Assembly (NCBI GenBank): GCA_001687465.1
Contig: LVLI01000255.1
Coordinates: 62,001 to 99,134 of the forward strand
Direction: 5' to 3'
Length of the DNA stretch: 37,134 bases
From: Halocafeteria seosinensis
Taxonomy: Eukaryota
The notes under the pieces were generated by a model. It did not search any database. It was not told the DNA's origin and saw only the letters and a list, made by a program, of their open reading frames with translations. This document shows, one piece after another, positions 1 through 11,065 of this stretch (position 1 is the first letter of the stretch; every line of letters begins with the position of its first letter). A program made the translations under genes and the position numbers.

Positions 1-500
1 TGCTTCACCGCCTGTGTCCCGGTTGGTTGGTTCTTTGATGGGACCAACAGCCTTACGAACGATTGCTTACCCTCTGTTCCTCCTTTACCCTTTTTCCGAA
101 TGGGTTGAGTTGGTCTAAACATCATCTTGTTACTTGTGAGCTCCTCCGAACTAAGCGGCGAGGGCGTAGATGTTACAGTCGCCGTCGGACGATTTTTTTG
201 AGGCAGTGCGGGAAGAGAATAGCTCCTATCCTCTTTAGGATGCGAAAGTAAATCTAAACTCTTGTCACTCCTCATGTCTCTCAGCTCTGCAGACTGCAGA
301 GGGTTGACTCCACCAGCAACGCTTTCTTCGATGCTTGGTCTATTCTCTCTCTGAGAGACACGCTTCTTCCGGTTGAAGCAGTTTGTACAACCGTCTACAC
401 TGGTGCCTAAAGCAAATCGTTGGAATTCCTTGTCTTGCTGTATTTGTGTTTCAGGTTTCGTTCTTTCCTTTTCGACACGCAAATTCCATGAACCAGTTCT
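1..500 (-). CDS. Possible partial exon of an unknown gene running off the left edge
   Basis: One minus-strand frame is stop-free from ~500 to the window edge (...KERTKPETQIQQDKEFQRFALG...RPTQPIRKKGKGG...). It is absent from the ORF track because there is no stop inside the window. No recognisable domain; upstream exons unresolved. Confidence 0.25.
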
Positions 501-1010
501 TTACGCGGTGGCTCCAATATCCAAGTCAATTTAGAACATTGTCGCTTAGAGCTCGTATCGCTCTCTTAGACAAACTATCAATACGACCATAATTCAAACA
601 CTGCATTATCAATGGTCAATACGAACAGCGATGTGATCCCGACAGCTTCGGGGAAGACGCGATCAAGTTCCTCAAGAGAATTGTCAGAAAAACACGGGGC
701 TCCCGCTGGGAACAAGGGAGATGCGGAACTTTTGATGCGCCACAACGTAAAGCTGTAGGAGCGGATCCCGGTAGGGTTTACCCCTTACACAGGGAAAACC
801 GAAATCTAATGAACATATGTGATCCCCGTTTCTTCGTTGATTGCGTTGGGTTTGTTTAAACAAGCTCTTGTAGTTGCTATGACGCTTGGACCTGTGGAAC
901 GACATTCTTGGAGATACACTCGACAGCCACAGCGGAGCAGATATATGTTCCTACATTCTGTCGGAGAAATACTTCGTCTACTGAACATTTAAAAACTACG
1001 TATAATAGAC

Positions 1011-1350
1011 GATTGGGGCATGCCTTATACAACTCCTACTCCGTTTCCAGGACGCTTTTGTCGCTGAAGCGGACTGTAGCGACACTACTTGTATTGGAAA
1101 TTCTCTAAGCTCAAGGAAATATTTTCATACTTGCTTACATCTATCGTCGACGTCATACATGATCCACCAATCATCACTGAACTACATATATTGATTGATT
1201 GGGCATGTCTCATGCAACTCTTGCGCGATCTCTAGGACTGAAGCGGACTGGATTGTACTGGAGATTCCCTAAGGTCAAGGAAGCATTTCATGCATGTATA
1301 TCCATTGTCGGCATGACATATCGTCTGCTAATCCTCACTACTCTACATAC
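1011..1350. repeat. Diverged two-copy tandem duplication, period ~186 bp
   Basis: Copies at ~1011-1190 and ~1197-1350 share ordered blocks: gattggg(g)catg, caactc, ctgaagcggactg, ttgta(t/c)tgga(a/g)att, taag(c/g)tcaaggaa, ctacata. Confidence 0.7.
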
Positions 1351-2209
1351 AAATCATACACGGGGGCACTACAAATAGGTATTCAGCCCTCTCCTTCCCT
1401 CCCCGACTCGCGTGGCATAAAACACAAAATGAGACCCCGGTTTACCTCTTTCGCTGACTTTCCTTTTCTGTAGTTTTCTTCTGACTGCAATGACTTCCAC
1501 TCCATTTGTCTGAATTTGAATCTCAGATGCATTGAAATCAAGAGAAAAAACAAAGAGTCTCGTTGTAGTAGACATACAACGTAGTGTGTCTGCAAATAAA
1601 AACATTAACTATGATACTTTGTACTGAGGTATATGCTAATTGAGATTTAAAGTTAGTGTGGCTTTGTATCTATTCGTGCTGTATTGGAATACAGTTAGAA
1701 TTGATTTCATCACGGGCATATTTGTGAAGCAGCCTGTTCAAGCAGGGTTCCATGGACCACGGTCCTCGGTCCACGGCGGATGCATGGGATGATCCACGAT
1801 GTACGGAGGCAGCTAGTCAAGCAGTGGGAACGGTGTCGCATACCCTGTACCGGTAGTTGTGTTTCCGTTTTTGTTCTTCATACTCATATATATTGTACAC
1901 CAACATGTCCCGTTGCATATGTCCCAGACTGACTCACAGTGGTAGGTACACTTGGTTGGTTGGCTCCTTGATGCGACCTGCAGCACAGCACGTGCTTGCG
2001 ACCGTTGTTTCTGGCCGCGGCAGGGTCAACCTCAGCCATTGCCCCCTTCCGTGCGCCTTCGCTAGTAGGCTAGGAAAACAGTGGATTTGATTATCATCAT
2101 CTATGTGTATTCATACAAATACTGTGGGCTGTGTTTACGACTGTCCTGGGAAGTGGGCTGCCCCACAATCTGCTGCGTGTTATATGCCGACAAGAAGTAG
2201 CAAGCAGTG

Positions 2210-2250
2210 GGACAGAGACAGAGACAGAGAGAGGAGAGAGATAGAGAGAG
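2210..2250. repeat. Imperfect GA/GACAGA microsatellite upstream of the cyclase gene
   Basis: gacagagacagagacagagagaggagagagatagagagag. Confidence 0.7.
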
Positions 2251-2511
2251 TTCATCAAAGCACTGGTTTTCACCGCCAAAGTTCAGACAACACGGCGTAT
2301 ATCACATCTGTCTGTCTGTCGGTTTGAATTTCCAGGTAAGACGTCGCTTCTTCTTGGAGTGGCAGTTTAATTAAAACTACCGTACGGTGGCAGGCTAGTA
2401 GTGAGTGCCGCTTAATTGTTGGTGCAGAGTACATAGGTTACCTTTGTACAGACCAGTACCGATTGATACATTTCGAGTCGGGGACACAGAGGGAAAGAAC
2501 AAAAATAAGAT

Positions 2512-5500
2512 ATGGAAGGAACCAGTTCAGGAGGACGTCTGGAGGACTTCCTTCCTGAGTTGATCGTGAGGTACATTAAGGGATGTGAATCCCGCGGACG
2601 GAGTCCTCATCGTGCCCCCTTTAGCCATGATTTGCAAGTGGTGGCCATGTTTGTGGATATTAGTGGCTTCACCAAACTTTCGGAAACACTAGCTCGGGGA
2701 GGCGGACTTGGGGTACGTGTATCTTATCGTCTATTCTAACCGCCAAGGCCAATGAATTGTGCCATTCTGTTGCAGGCGGAAAGACTAGCGTTTTACTTGA
2801 ACCGATACTTTGAACAGCTAGCACGAATTGTAACAAAGAACTCTGGGGATGTGTTCAAGTTCGCCGGTGACGCTCTGCTGGCGATTTGGTGGCAATCTGA
2901 AAGCAACGCTGCACGTGGTGGACGCAAAAGTAGCTTGGGAAGCGCATTTGATGATGATAACGAAGATGATCAGCTTTTTGAGTTTAGCGATGACGATGAA
3001 GACGAAAATGGTAGAGAAGCAGAGGAGAGAGCTGGGGTGAAGCGGCGAGAAGCTAAGGAACGAGACTTAACGTTGCCGTGTCGTCGGGCTATTTCAGCCG
3101 CTACGGCGATACAGTCGGAGCTAGATAGTGCAAACCTTGCAGAGGGTATTACATTTAGTGTGAAGTTAGGCCTGGGTGTTGGTCGCATGTCACTACTGTT
3201 CACTGGAGGTGTTTTTGGGCGTGCTGAGTATCTGGCGAATGGGCCTGCCCTGAAGCAAGCGTTTCTGTGCGAGGAGGATTGTGAACCAGGACAGCTCATT
3301 ATATCGAAGGAGGTACTGAGCTGGGTGGAACCCCTGGAAATATATGAGATTTTGAAACTTCCTAGCGGAAACGCACGCATCGACTTGACCAAGGACGTTG
3401 ACGGTCCACGCTCTAGCATTGTACAAGGAGCGCCCGACGCAAGACGAAAGAGCTTGGTGACGAAAATGGGCCCTAAGAAACGATCCTCAAGGGTGCTGCC
3501 AAAGGAAACCATTGCCACAAATAATTCACCAGGACGCCGCGTTCCTCGTCTCAGAGCTCGAAATCTTCGAAGAACAATGGTGTTGGCTCCAAAGATGCTC
3601 GGTACCTTTGTTCCAGCAGCTATTGTGCCTCATATTAATTCGTTTACCACGCCCTGGGCGAGCGAGCTGCGAACGCTCAGCGTACTCTTCGTTAGCCTTG
3701 GTATACTACCGGAAAAGGTGCACGAGTCTACTGACGAAGCAGTTCAAGAAATGCACGCTGCTGTGCGGGTCGTTCAATCTGCGATATACACTTTTGAGGG
3801 TTCACTGAACAAGTTTAGTGTGGACGATAAAGGATCAACCGTTTTGGCCTGTTTCGGACTGCCTCCACTGGCACATGAGAATGACCCAGAGAGAGCGGTC
3901 TTAGCCGGTTTGCGCATCTCAACAGACCTCAGATCCCTTGGGCTGTTCGCCTCTGTTGGCATCACAACAGGGGTAGTGTTTGTGGGTCCTCTTGGTGCAG
4001 GAAATCGCCGGGAGTACAGTGTCATAGGGGACACTGTCAACACCAGCGCACGATTGATGCAAATGGCGCCGAAGTGTCTTCAGGCCATGCGGATGAAATA
4101 TGGGAAAACAGATACGGTCGAAGAAGGCGAGAGTGATATTGGCTTCCAGGAGGCAGTTATTGTGGATACTACTACTAAAGAAAGTGCGGAAAGTAATCCT
4201 TCAATCTTGTGGCGTCGTCCGAACCCTGTACAATTGAAAGGGAAAGCCGCAAAAACCCAGGTTTGGCAGCCGACCATAGTTAAGCAGCCGCGGGTATTAA
4301 GGCCTGTGTTATGGGAAAACGATGGCGGCACAGAGTCCCTCGTTCTGGAAGCGTTTTTTGGACTTGAAACAGATATATCTGAGCAAATACTGCTTCTTCG
4401 GAGAACGGCTGCGGTGGCGTCCAATGGACGCATTGTGAATGATTCGCGTTATTGCAACGGTTCTGCTGAAACTGAGGAAGCTGCGTATCGCGGTAGTCAA
4501 AATGGCAACACGCTGTTTGTTCTTGGTGACGCAGGAGTTGGAAAAACTCGTCTTCTTCGATGTATCATTGAGAAACTCAAGAGCTATCATGACGTGAAGC
4601 TTTGCTGTCCACACTGTTGTGTGAGTGAAATTCTCAAGCCTGGTCGAGGACTTTCAGGAGAGCCAGCCGTCGATTTTAATGCTGTGAAGGATGTTATAGA
4701 CAATATTACGCTAGACCCCTCTCTCTTTGATGAAGATCTAAATCTTAAACAGGTGGTTGGGTCGCTGTGGTCGAAAGGCGATTCTGACCGTAAGCATGTT
4801 TTGCGTGTGTTACGGAATCTTGAGTGTTGTGAGTTCTCATTTTCTCACGATTCGGACAGTGCCGTCGAGGTACCTCCAAGTTCCTGGTGGAAAGTAAACT
4901 GTTCCATGAGTTATCCTCAGCAGATACTGGACACTTTGCATGAACTAGCGGTGGATCATGAACCTCAGGCTTCTGACATTTCAGAAGTATTGCTCTGTCC
5001 GGATTTGTTTCCGTCCTGCGAACAGGTTGGTCCCAATCATCTGCGGCTCGTTTACGTCTTAAGCATGTCGTTCCCAGCAGATCCAAGGGCCTTCGTCGCT
5101 CGACAAATTCTGGACCAGCTGTTTCAAATTCTTATGGCGAAATTAGCACCAAAATCTATTGCACTGGCGTTTGCATCCCTGGTCAAAACTATATTTGAAG
5201 AGGATCTGTTCGTCGACACAGACTCCCCCCGGTTTACTTCGTTTGAGAAGCTCCAAGCTGAAGCTCAAGTGCTAATTCAAATGGTTACCCTACATGCATT
5301 AGTGGCTCCATTGGCTATATTTGTTGACAAAGCCTATATGGCTGCGAAGACTGACTGGGCTCTCTTGGAAGCCTTGTGTGTTACCTTGAGTGACACACCG
5401 TCTTTACCGTGTCATGTCGTAATTGCCACTCGACCCTTACACGAGCCAAGATTCATTCCCCCGTTTGGAGGAGCCTCTAGAGCGTACTACCGCATGATGA

Positions 5501-8500
5501 GCTGTCAAGGTATTCGAGTGGCTGAGATCCCGTATTGGACTTCTGCTAATACCACCGAAATGATTGCTTCCCTATTATCAGTCCCTAAAACCAGAATACC
5601 TTCTCAACTGATAGATTTAGTGGAAGCCATGACCGCGGGGAATCCACGATTTACACAGAAATTTCTCCAAGGCTTGCTGAAAATTGGCATTTTGTCAGCT
5701 ATGGGGGATAAGGATGAAGCCACTGACACTGATAACTGCAATTTCCGGATTCATCGACTAGTTCTTGACCTGGAAAAGACACACTTCTTGCCCGTACCCT
5801 ACCGAGTGCAGCGACAGTTTGCTACGGTCTTCGACAGAGTGGACCAAAGGGCAACAACTCATTGCTCCCTCGTACTGAAGTTTGCTGCAGTTTTGTGTAT
5901 GGGGGGAGGTCTCACGACGACGGCTATGGATTATGAAATGTTGAGGGGTGTCTTGCAAGGATTGGGGTTTAAGGATGAAATGGAGTCTTGGGATAGGACG
6001 CTCCACCAGCTAGTTGCCTATAACTTGATTCGAGAGGAGAATTGGTTGCTCCGTATCGATGAGCAGGACGAAGACGATTCCGGTGAACGGCGATTTGCAG
6101 ATAGGTTGAAAGTTTGTGCTCTTAATGAAGAATTCGATGACCCCGAAGGCACAAATGAGTGCATGTACCGAGTTTTCATTTTCAATCAGGGGTTTGCTCG
6201 CGATGTACTGTATCATCGGACGTTACAAGAACACAGACGCCGTATTCACAAACAGGCAGCGGACTTTTTAGGAAAAGGATTCCATCAAACCGGTGAGCTT
6301 CACTACCATCCTTTTGGATCAAGAATCGAGGGAATAAAGATGCTATACCGGCATACTGCCTTGAGCGGGGCCACCCAAACAGCAAGGGATATCTTTGAAG
6401 GTTACCTAAAGAAACTTGCTCCAAGCCACTCTCGCAGCAACACCCATACGAATAAGTCTAGTCGCGACAGTTTGACCGAAAACAAGAGCGAGAGGAAACT
6501 ATCAGGGGATAGCTCTGTTTCTGATGCTTCCTCACGATCGAGTGCTCCAAACGGCACGGGTTCACCAACACGGCAGCTCGACACCTTAATGAAACCCAAA
6601 AGTCTAAATCTTAACAACTACCGTCCAAGAATGTCGTCGGCCGACGCTGCTCCGCCATCAGCCGAGGATTTGGATGCAAGAAGTAAACGCCCTCTTGATC
6701 GGTTCTTCAAAGCTCTTGGATGTACAGCGTGCATGGGAAAAGACATGGATGTTGCTTCTCGATATTCTGGAAAGGGCCCCGAACCCTCAACACCACCCCG
6801 AAATGCAGTGGTTAGGCGCCGTCGGCTCTCTGCACCAGCCTCTGTAGCCAAATTCGGTGACGTACGCCGGACAAGCGAATCTTCAGTAGCTCGTGGCCAG
6901 AAAAGTACCACCAGTCTTGCAGCTAGCGGAGAGGATCGCAGATCTTCCATTCTGTCTAACCCCGAGATGCTGCTCAACTCGCTACCCTTCAATGTAATTC
7001 CTATCTTACCTACGCATGCTGCTGTTAAGCCTGAGGAAGACGCTGATACTTTCTATTATTCTCATCCATTGGTCAGTCCGGGGAGGTCTATGGATGCTAC
7101 ACTAAAGTCTGAAGACTTGACGTTGAATTCAATGCTAAACAGCACCGAAAAAAGCGAATCAGGTGCAAATTCAGAGAGTGCGGACACTGAGGAATCAGCC
7201 TCGCCCATGAAGGGTAAAAGGTCCTCTGTATCCAAGCTCAAAAAGAGACTCTCTGGACGTCTGCACTCGCGGCGGCACAGAGAGAGTGCTGCGAACGTCC
7301 CACACGAGGAAGTGACTGATCCTGACGTTGAATTGCGAAAGCTCAACACATTCCAGCTTGAGCAGCCTCAACCAGAGACTTTGAAGAAGGAGGACATTAA
7401 CTCACTTCTCAGTGATAATATTCTGCATGAACTGCTCCCGGTTTACGATGAGTATGCGAAAAAGGCGATTGAAAATCAGCGCTCGCGAAGACGTAGCTCT
7501 GCAAGCTTTGACGGGAATGATAGCCACGGTAGCCACTCCACGCCCCCGACATCTTCTAGGTTAGGCAACGAAGGTACGTATGAGCGATTAAATTCGCTTG
7601 TAGAGCATCTTCGGAACATTGATTCATGGACCTTCAACGTCTTTGCTGTTGACCGTGCTTGCTTTGGCCATGGGTTGGTGATCGTCAGCGATGCAATTGT
7701 GAAACGGAGAAGCTTACTAAAACTTCTGGGCATCCCACAGAATGTCTTTCATGAAATCCTTGTGTCGGCTGAAAGTGCCCATAATGAAAGCGTCCCGTTC
7801 CATAATTCAGTACATACAGCAGATGTGGTGCAAACAACCCACGTGCTTTTGTCGGATCCGTACCTGTGCAGTTCCCTCTCGTCCAATTCCGGGCCGGTAA
7901 CGATGTTTGGGAATTTGATTGCCGCCGTTGGTCATGATTTGGATCATCCGGGAGTTTCAGAAACGTTTCTGAAGCGCACGCAGCATCCCCTGGCGACAGC
8001 CTATCCTTACGAGTCGTCAATACTGGAGCAGCACCATGCAGCCAAGACGTTTGAAATCCTCAACTCAGCCAACTCCTACGGCAATATTTTCTCGTACTTT
8101 GACTCGACAGATAAGCAAGTCTTCCGTACGGTGGTAGCTCGTTGTATCATGGCTACGTCGCTAGCCGGTTGGCAGAATTTTCTGACGGACTTAATGCCTG
8201 TTCTATCAGCTGTGGAGGCATGGCAGGTTCTCACCCAGGAGGAGTGCTTTACTTTGCTGGAGGGGGTGATCAAGAGTGCAGATCTGTCAGCGAGCATAAA
8301 GCCCTTTGCGTTGTCACGTGAATGGTCACGCCGGATAACTGAAGAGTTCTACATTCAGGGAGACATGGAGAAGGACATGGGACTGCCTGTTTCCAAGTAC
8401 ATGGACCGAACCAAGAACACGTCTGCGCGGTGCCAGGTGGAATTCATCCAGTCTTATGTGAAGCCGCTGCTGGACAACATGCAAGTTGCGGTGCCCATTG

Positions 8501-8595
8501 TCTCGGCCGGGTGGAAGCCACATCTCTCCGCTCTCGTGGAATTCTACACCTCCCTGGACGACTTGGTCCATGAACACGACAAGAACGTACTTTGA
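2512..8595 (+). CDS. ADCY10/sAC-type adenylyl cyclase (two class III domains) + STAND P-loop NTPase + C-terminal class I cNMP phosphodiesterase; join(2512..2712,2776..8595), ~2006 aa
   Basis: The 63-nt intron 2713-2775 (gtacgt...ctaac...ttgcag) joins LARGGGLG|AERLAFYLNRYF. C1: MFVDISGFTKLSE, GDVFKFAGDALLAIW. C2: GSLNKFSVDDKG, FGLPPLAHENDPERAV, REYSVIGDTVNTSARLM. Walker A GDAGVGKT (~4525-4548), GNP motif (AGNPRF). PDE: FHNSVHTADV, HDLDHPG, LEQHH, KSADLS, EEFYIQGD, QVEFI. Confidence 0.92.
7600..8560 (+). other. Class I (HD-type) cyclic nucleotide phosphodiesterase catalytic domain within the cyclase ORF
   Basis: SWTFNVF...PFHNSVHTADVVQ...AAVGHDLDHPG...SILEQHH...IKSADLS...WSRRITEEFYIQGDMEK..GLPVSKYMDR...CQVEFI. 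It is in the same uninterrupted frame as the cyclase domains. Confidence 0.93.
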
Positions 8596-8865
8596 CCCCG
8601 GATCAATAAATATGACAACCATCCATTCGTACACGATCCGCGACCCATACCATGGCAATGCATGATGGCATGTTACCAACAATAATACATGTGAAGTTGA
8701 AGTCCACCTCCCTCTCTCTCTTCATATATATACCACCTTGGATTCCGTATACAGTGCGCTGAGAGAGGGGGTGTGTTGTCCATTATCGACATAATTGTTT
8801 GTGAATGAATAAATGAGAGAGTGAGTGCACATACGGTACCCAAAGAGACGAGCAAACAGTCAATC

Positions 8866-10737
8866 ATGGAGAATATCACGGATTCTTTGGCTAAACTGGT
8901 CTCCATGGAGGAGGAGGAGGAGGAGGAGGAAGAAGGCGAGGCGGATAATAATGCCATGTGCACGACACGACCGCAGCACGAAGAGCAGCAACAACAGCAG
9001 TATGTGATGGCTGCAGCTGGACAAAGAAAAGCCGAGAATGTGCCAGTGCCAGCAGGCTCAGAAGAGGAAGAAGAAGACACTTCGAATCTGGTGTTTAGTA
9101 CGGCCATACAAAAGAACCAAGAGGAAGAAGGTGCTCATACGTCGTTTGATAGAATGGGGATAGGACAGCAACAGTGCGCGGCCGCCGAATCATTGGGGGT
9201 GTATGGGGGATCGAGTAGCACGTCAAACCAACAAGATAGACGAACACTTCTGTACGAGTCTTTACCGGGAACCTACCCTGGAGACAACTCTACGAATTTT
9301 GAGTCTCAAGGAATGATGACGGGCATGCTCGCGCAGTCGGCTACTGCAGACTCGTTTGAACCACGAGAGACAGCGGCGACGTTCCCCGCCTTTGGGCAAG
9401 GAACCGAACAAACGGGGTCTGCAGAATACAGTGGGAATAATATGCTATTTTGGGGAACGACAGAGGACGACGATGATGAGAGAAATGTGCAGCACAGCTT
9501 TTCGTACGGATTACCTCCTTCTTCAGGCTTCAACCCCTCGGCCATTTCACACAATCACGGGGGGTTCGGAGGCTACCGAGATGACCATGACTGGACGTTC
9601 CACTCTTCTTATGAGCAAGAGCGTAATAGAAACCAGGGGGGAGCAAAGCAAACAGCGTCGTCAAATAATGGTAATAATAACAGTATATGGAAGAAAGGTC
9701 CTCCAAAGTCCGTCTTGGAAGCAAAGGCGACAGCTCCCCCAGCAGGGTATGAGTTCAGGCAGCAAGAGCGAGGGACATTCTTCCCGACACAACGGGGGCC
9801 GGCATTTCGCCAGCGAAAACAAAATAGTGCGGGGAGCGCACCCCAAAATAGGCTATGCAAATACTATCTACAAGGGAACTGTAAATTTGGGGACAATTGC
9901 ATGTTCGTCCATGAAGAAATAAATCACGAGCAAGTCAGCGAAATCCTTGACTTTTTGCGGAATATACCGAAAGCTGTTACGAGAATTCCCTACAGAATTG
10001 CCACGGCTCAAATGGACCCAGAAACAGGCGAGCGCATGCAAAGGCATTCTAACGTTCCCAGCACCGAGGATGCAGCCAATGAACCGGAAAAAAGTGGCGA
10101 TGCGGGGGAAGTACTACAGGGAGTGGAGGAGGTGGAAGAGGTCGAAGATACAACAGATGCTCCTGCAACAGATTTATTCGATATGCATGATGATATGGAA
10201 GAGTTACCACCTTATGTAAGGAGATACAGTATAAGCGTACAGTTTCCCTCAGCTAGCGAGGAGACTATTGTGGAAGCAGAGCGTGCTATTTCAGAGGAAG
10301 CTGAATGTGGGATTTGCTTCGATAACCCGCGAGAGCAAGGACGAAGTTTCGGTTTACTACCCGGATGTGAACATGTTTTTTGTTTGGAATGCATACGGCA
10401 GTGGAGGGCGCGTATTGACCGATCAAAGGAAAACGTTAGATCGTGCCCGCTTTGTCGTCGTGAGTCGTTTTTCGTAGTGCCACTGGAACGCGCCGTGTAT
10501 GATCCTTTTAGGAAGGTGTACGTCATCGAAGAATATAAGCGGCGTCTCAAGGAGATCCCATGCAAACATTTTCAATATGGGAAAGGAACGTGTCCTTTCG
10601 ATGGTTCTTGCTTTTACTTGCACATGTATCCTGATGGAACTCTGGAAAAGCCCTCCAAGCCCCGCTTGATCTCTAACGCCGAAGGCAGTATAACTCCGAT
10701 GAAGGGCATCCGCCTAAGTGATTTCCTCGGTGTTTGA
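8866..10737 (+). CDS. MKRN: Makorin-like E3 ubiquitin ligase (C3H zinc finger, C3HC4 RING, C-terminal C3H), ~623 aa from the first ATG
   Basis: LCKYYLQGNCKFGDNCMFVH; CGICFD...FGLLPGCEHVFCLECIRQWR...RSCPLCRRESFFVVP; IEEYK...IPCKHFQYGKGTCPFDGSCFYLH, the makorin-type arrangement. Long acidic/Gln-rich N-terminus; start codon uncertain. Confidence 0.88.
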   Translation: MENITDSLAKLVSMEEEEEEEEEGEADNNAMCTTRPQHEEQQQQQYVMAAAGQRKAENVPVPAGSEEEEEDTSNLVFSTAIQKNQEEEGAHTSFDRMGIGQQQCAAAESLGVYGGSSSTSNQQDRRTLLYESLPGTYPGDNSTNFESQGMMTGMLAQSATADSFEPRETAATFPAFGQGTEQTGSAEYSGNNMLFWGTTEDDDDERNVQHSFSYGLPPSSGFNPSAISHNHGGFGGYRDDHDWTFHSSYEQERNRNQGGAKQTASSNNGNNNSIWKKGPPKSVLEAKATAPPAGYEFRQQERGTFFPTQRGPAFRQRKQNSAGSAPQNRLCKYYLQGNCKFGDNCMFVHEEINHEQVSEILDFLRNIPKAVTRIPYRIATAQMDPETGERMQRHSNVPSTEDAANEPEKSGDAGEVLQGVEEVEEVEDTTDAPATDLFDMHDDMEELPPYVRRYSISVQFPSASEETIVEAERAISEEAECGICFDNPREQGRSFGLLPGCEHVFCLECIRQWRARIDRSKENVRSCPLCRRESFFVVPLERAVYDPFRKVYVIEEYKRRLKEIPCKHFQYGKGTCPFDGSCFYLHMYPDGTLEKPSKPRLISNAEGSITPMKGIRLSDFLGV

Positions 10738-10802
10738 CAGGACATTCGAGTAAAAAAAAAAAGAATAGAACACAATCCAAGCAACAGTAGAAATTTTCAG
10801 AA

Positions 10803-10815
10803 GGGGGGGGGGGGG
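10803..10815. repeat. Poly-G run (13 nt), intergenic
   Basis: aagggggggggggggtactc, between the makorin and carrier genes. Confidence 0.8.
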
Positions 10816-11065
10816 TACTCATAATATATATAAGTCTGTGAAGCTCCTTCAGGGGGTCCATGGACATGTCAAGCGCATGGTAGACTAGTGTCCTTGTGAC
10901 TTAAAAAATTAAATTCCACTTGGTAAAGTTTTTTTGCTGTTTCTCTTGTTTCTCACAATACAATTTGTAGTGCTGCTGCTGCTGGTTGCAGCAGCATTGA
11001 TTGCCCTTGACACGGTGTCGTCCTGGAAGGGTTGTAGGGTATCTAGTCTAGGTCTATCCAGGGGG

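Noticed and set aside
806..988. GIY-YIG/Penelope-like motif (NIYLLRCGC) in a 60-aa ORF
   Set aside because: No YIG/YVG, no downstream conserved Arg/His motif and no reverse transcriptase nearby; likely chance.
1750..1776. Short inverted repeat ccatggacc...ggtccacgg, and a similar gtccatggac palindrome near 10856, as Helitron/MITE ends
   Set aside because: Too short, with no target-site duplication or properly placed terminus.
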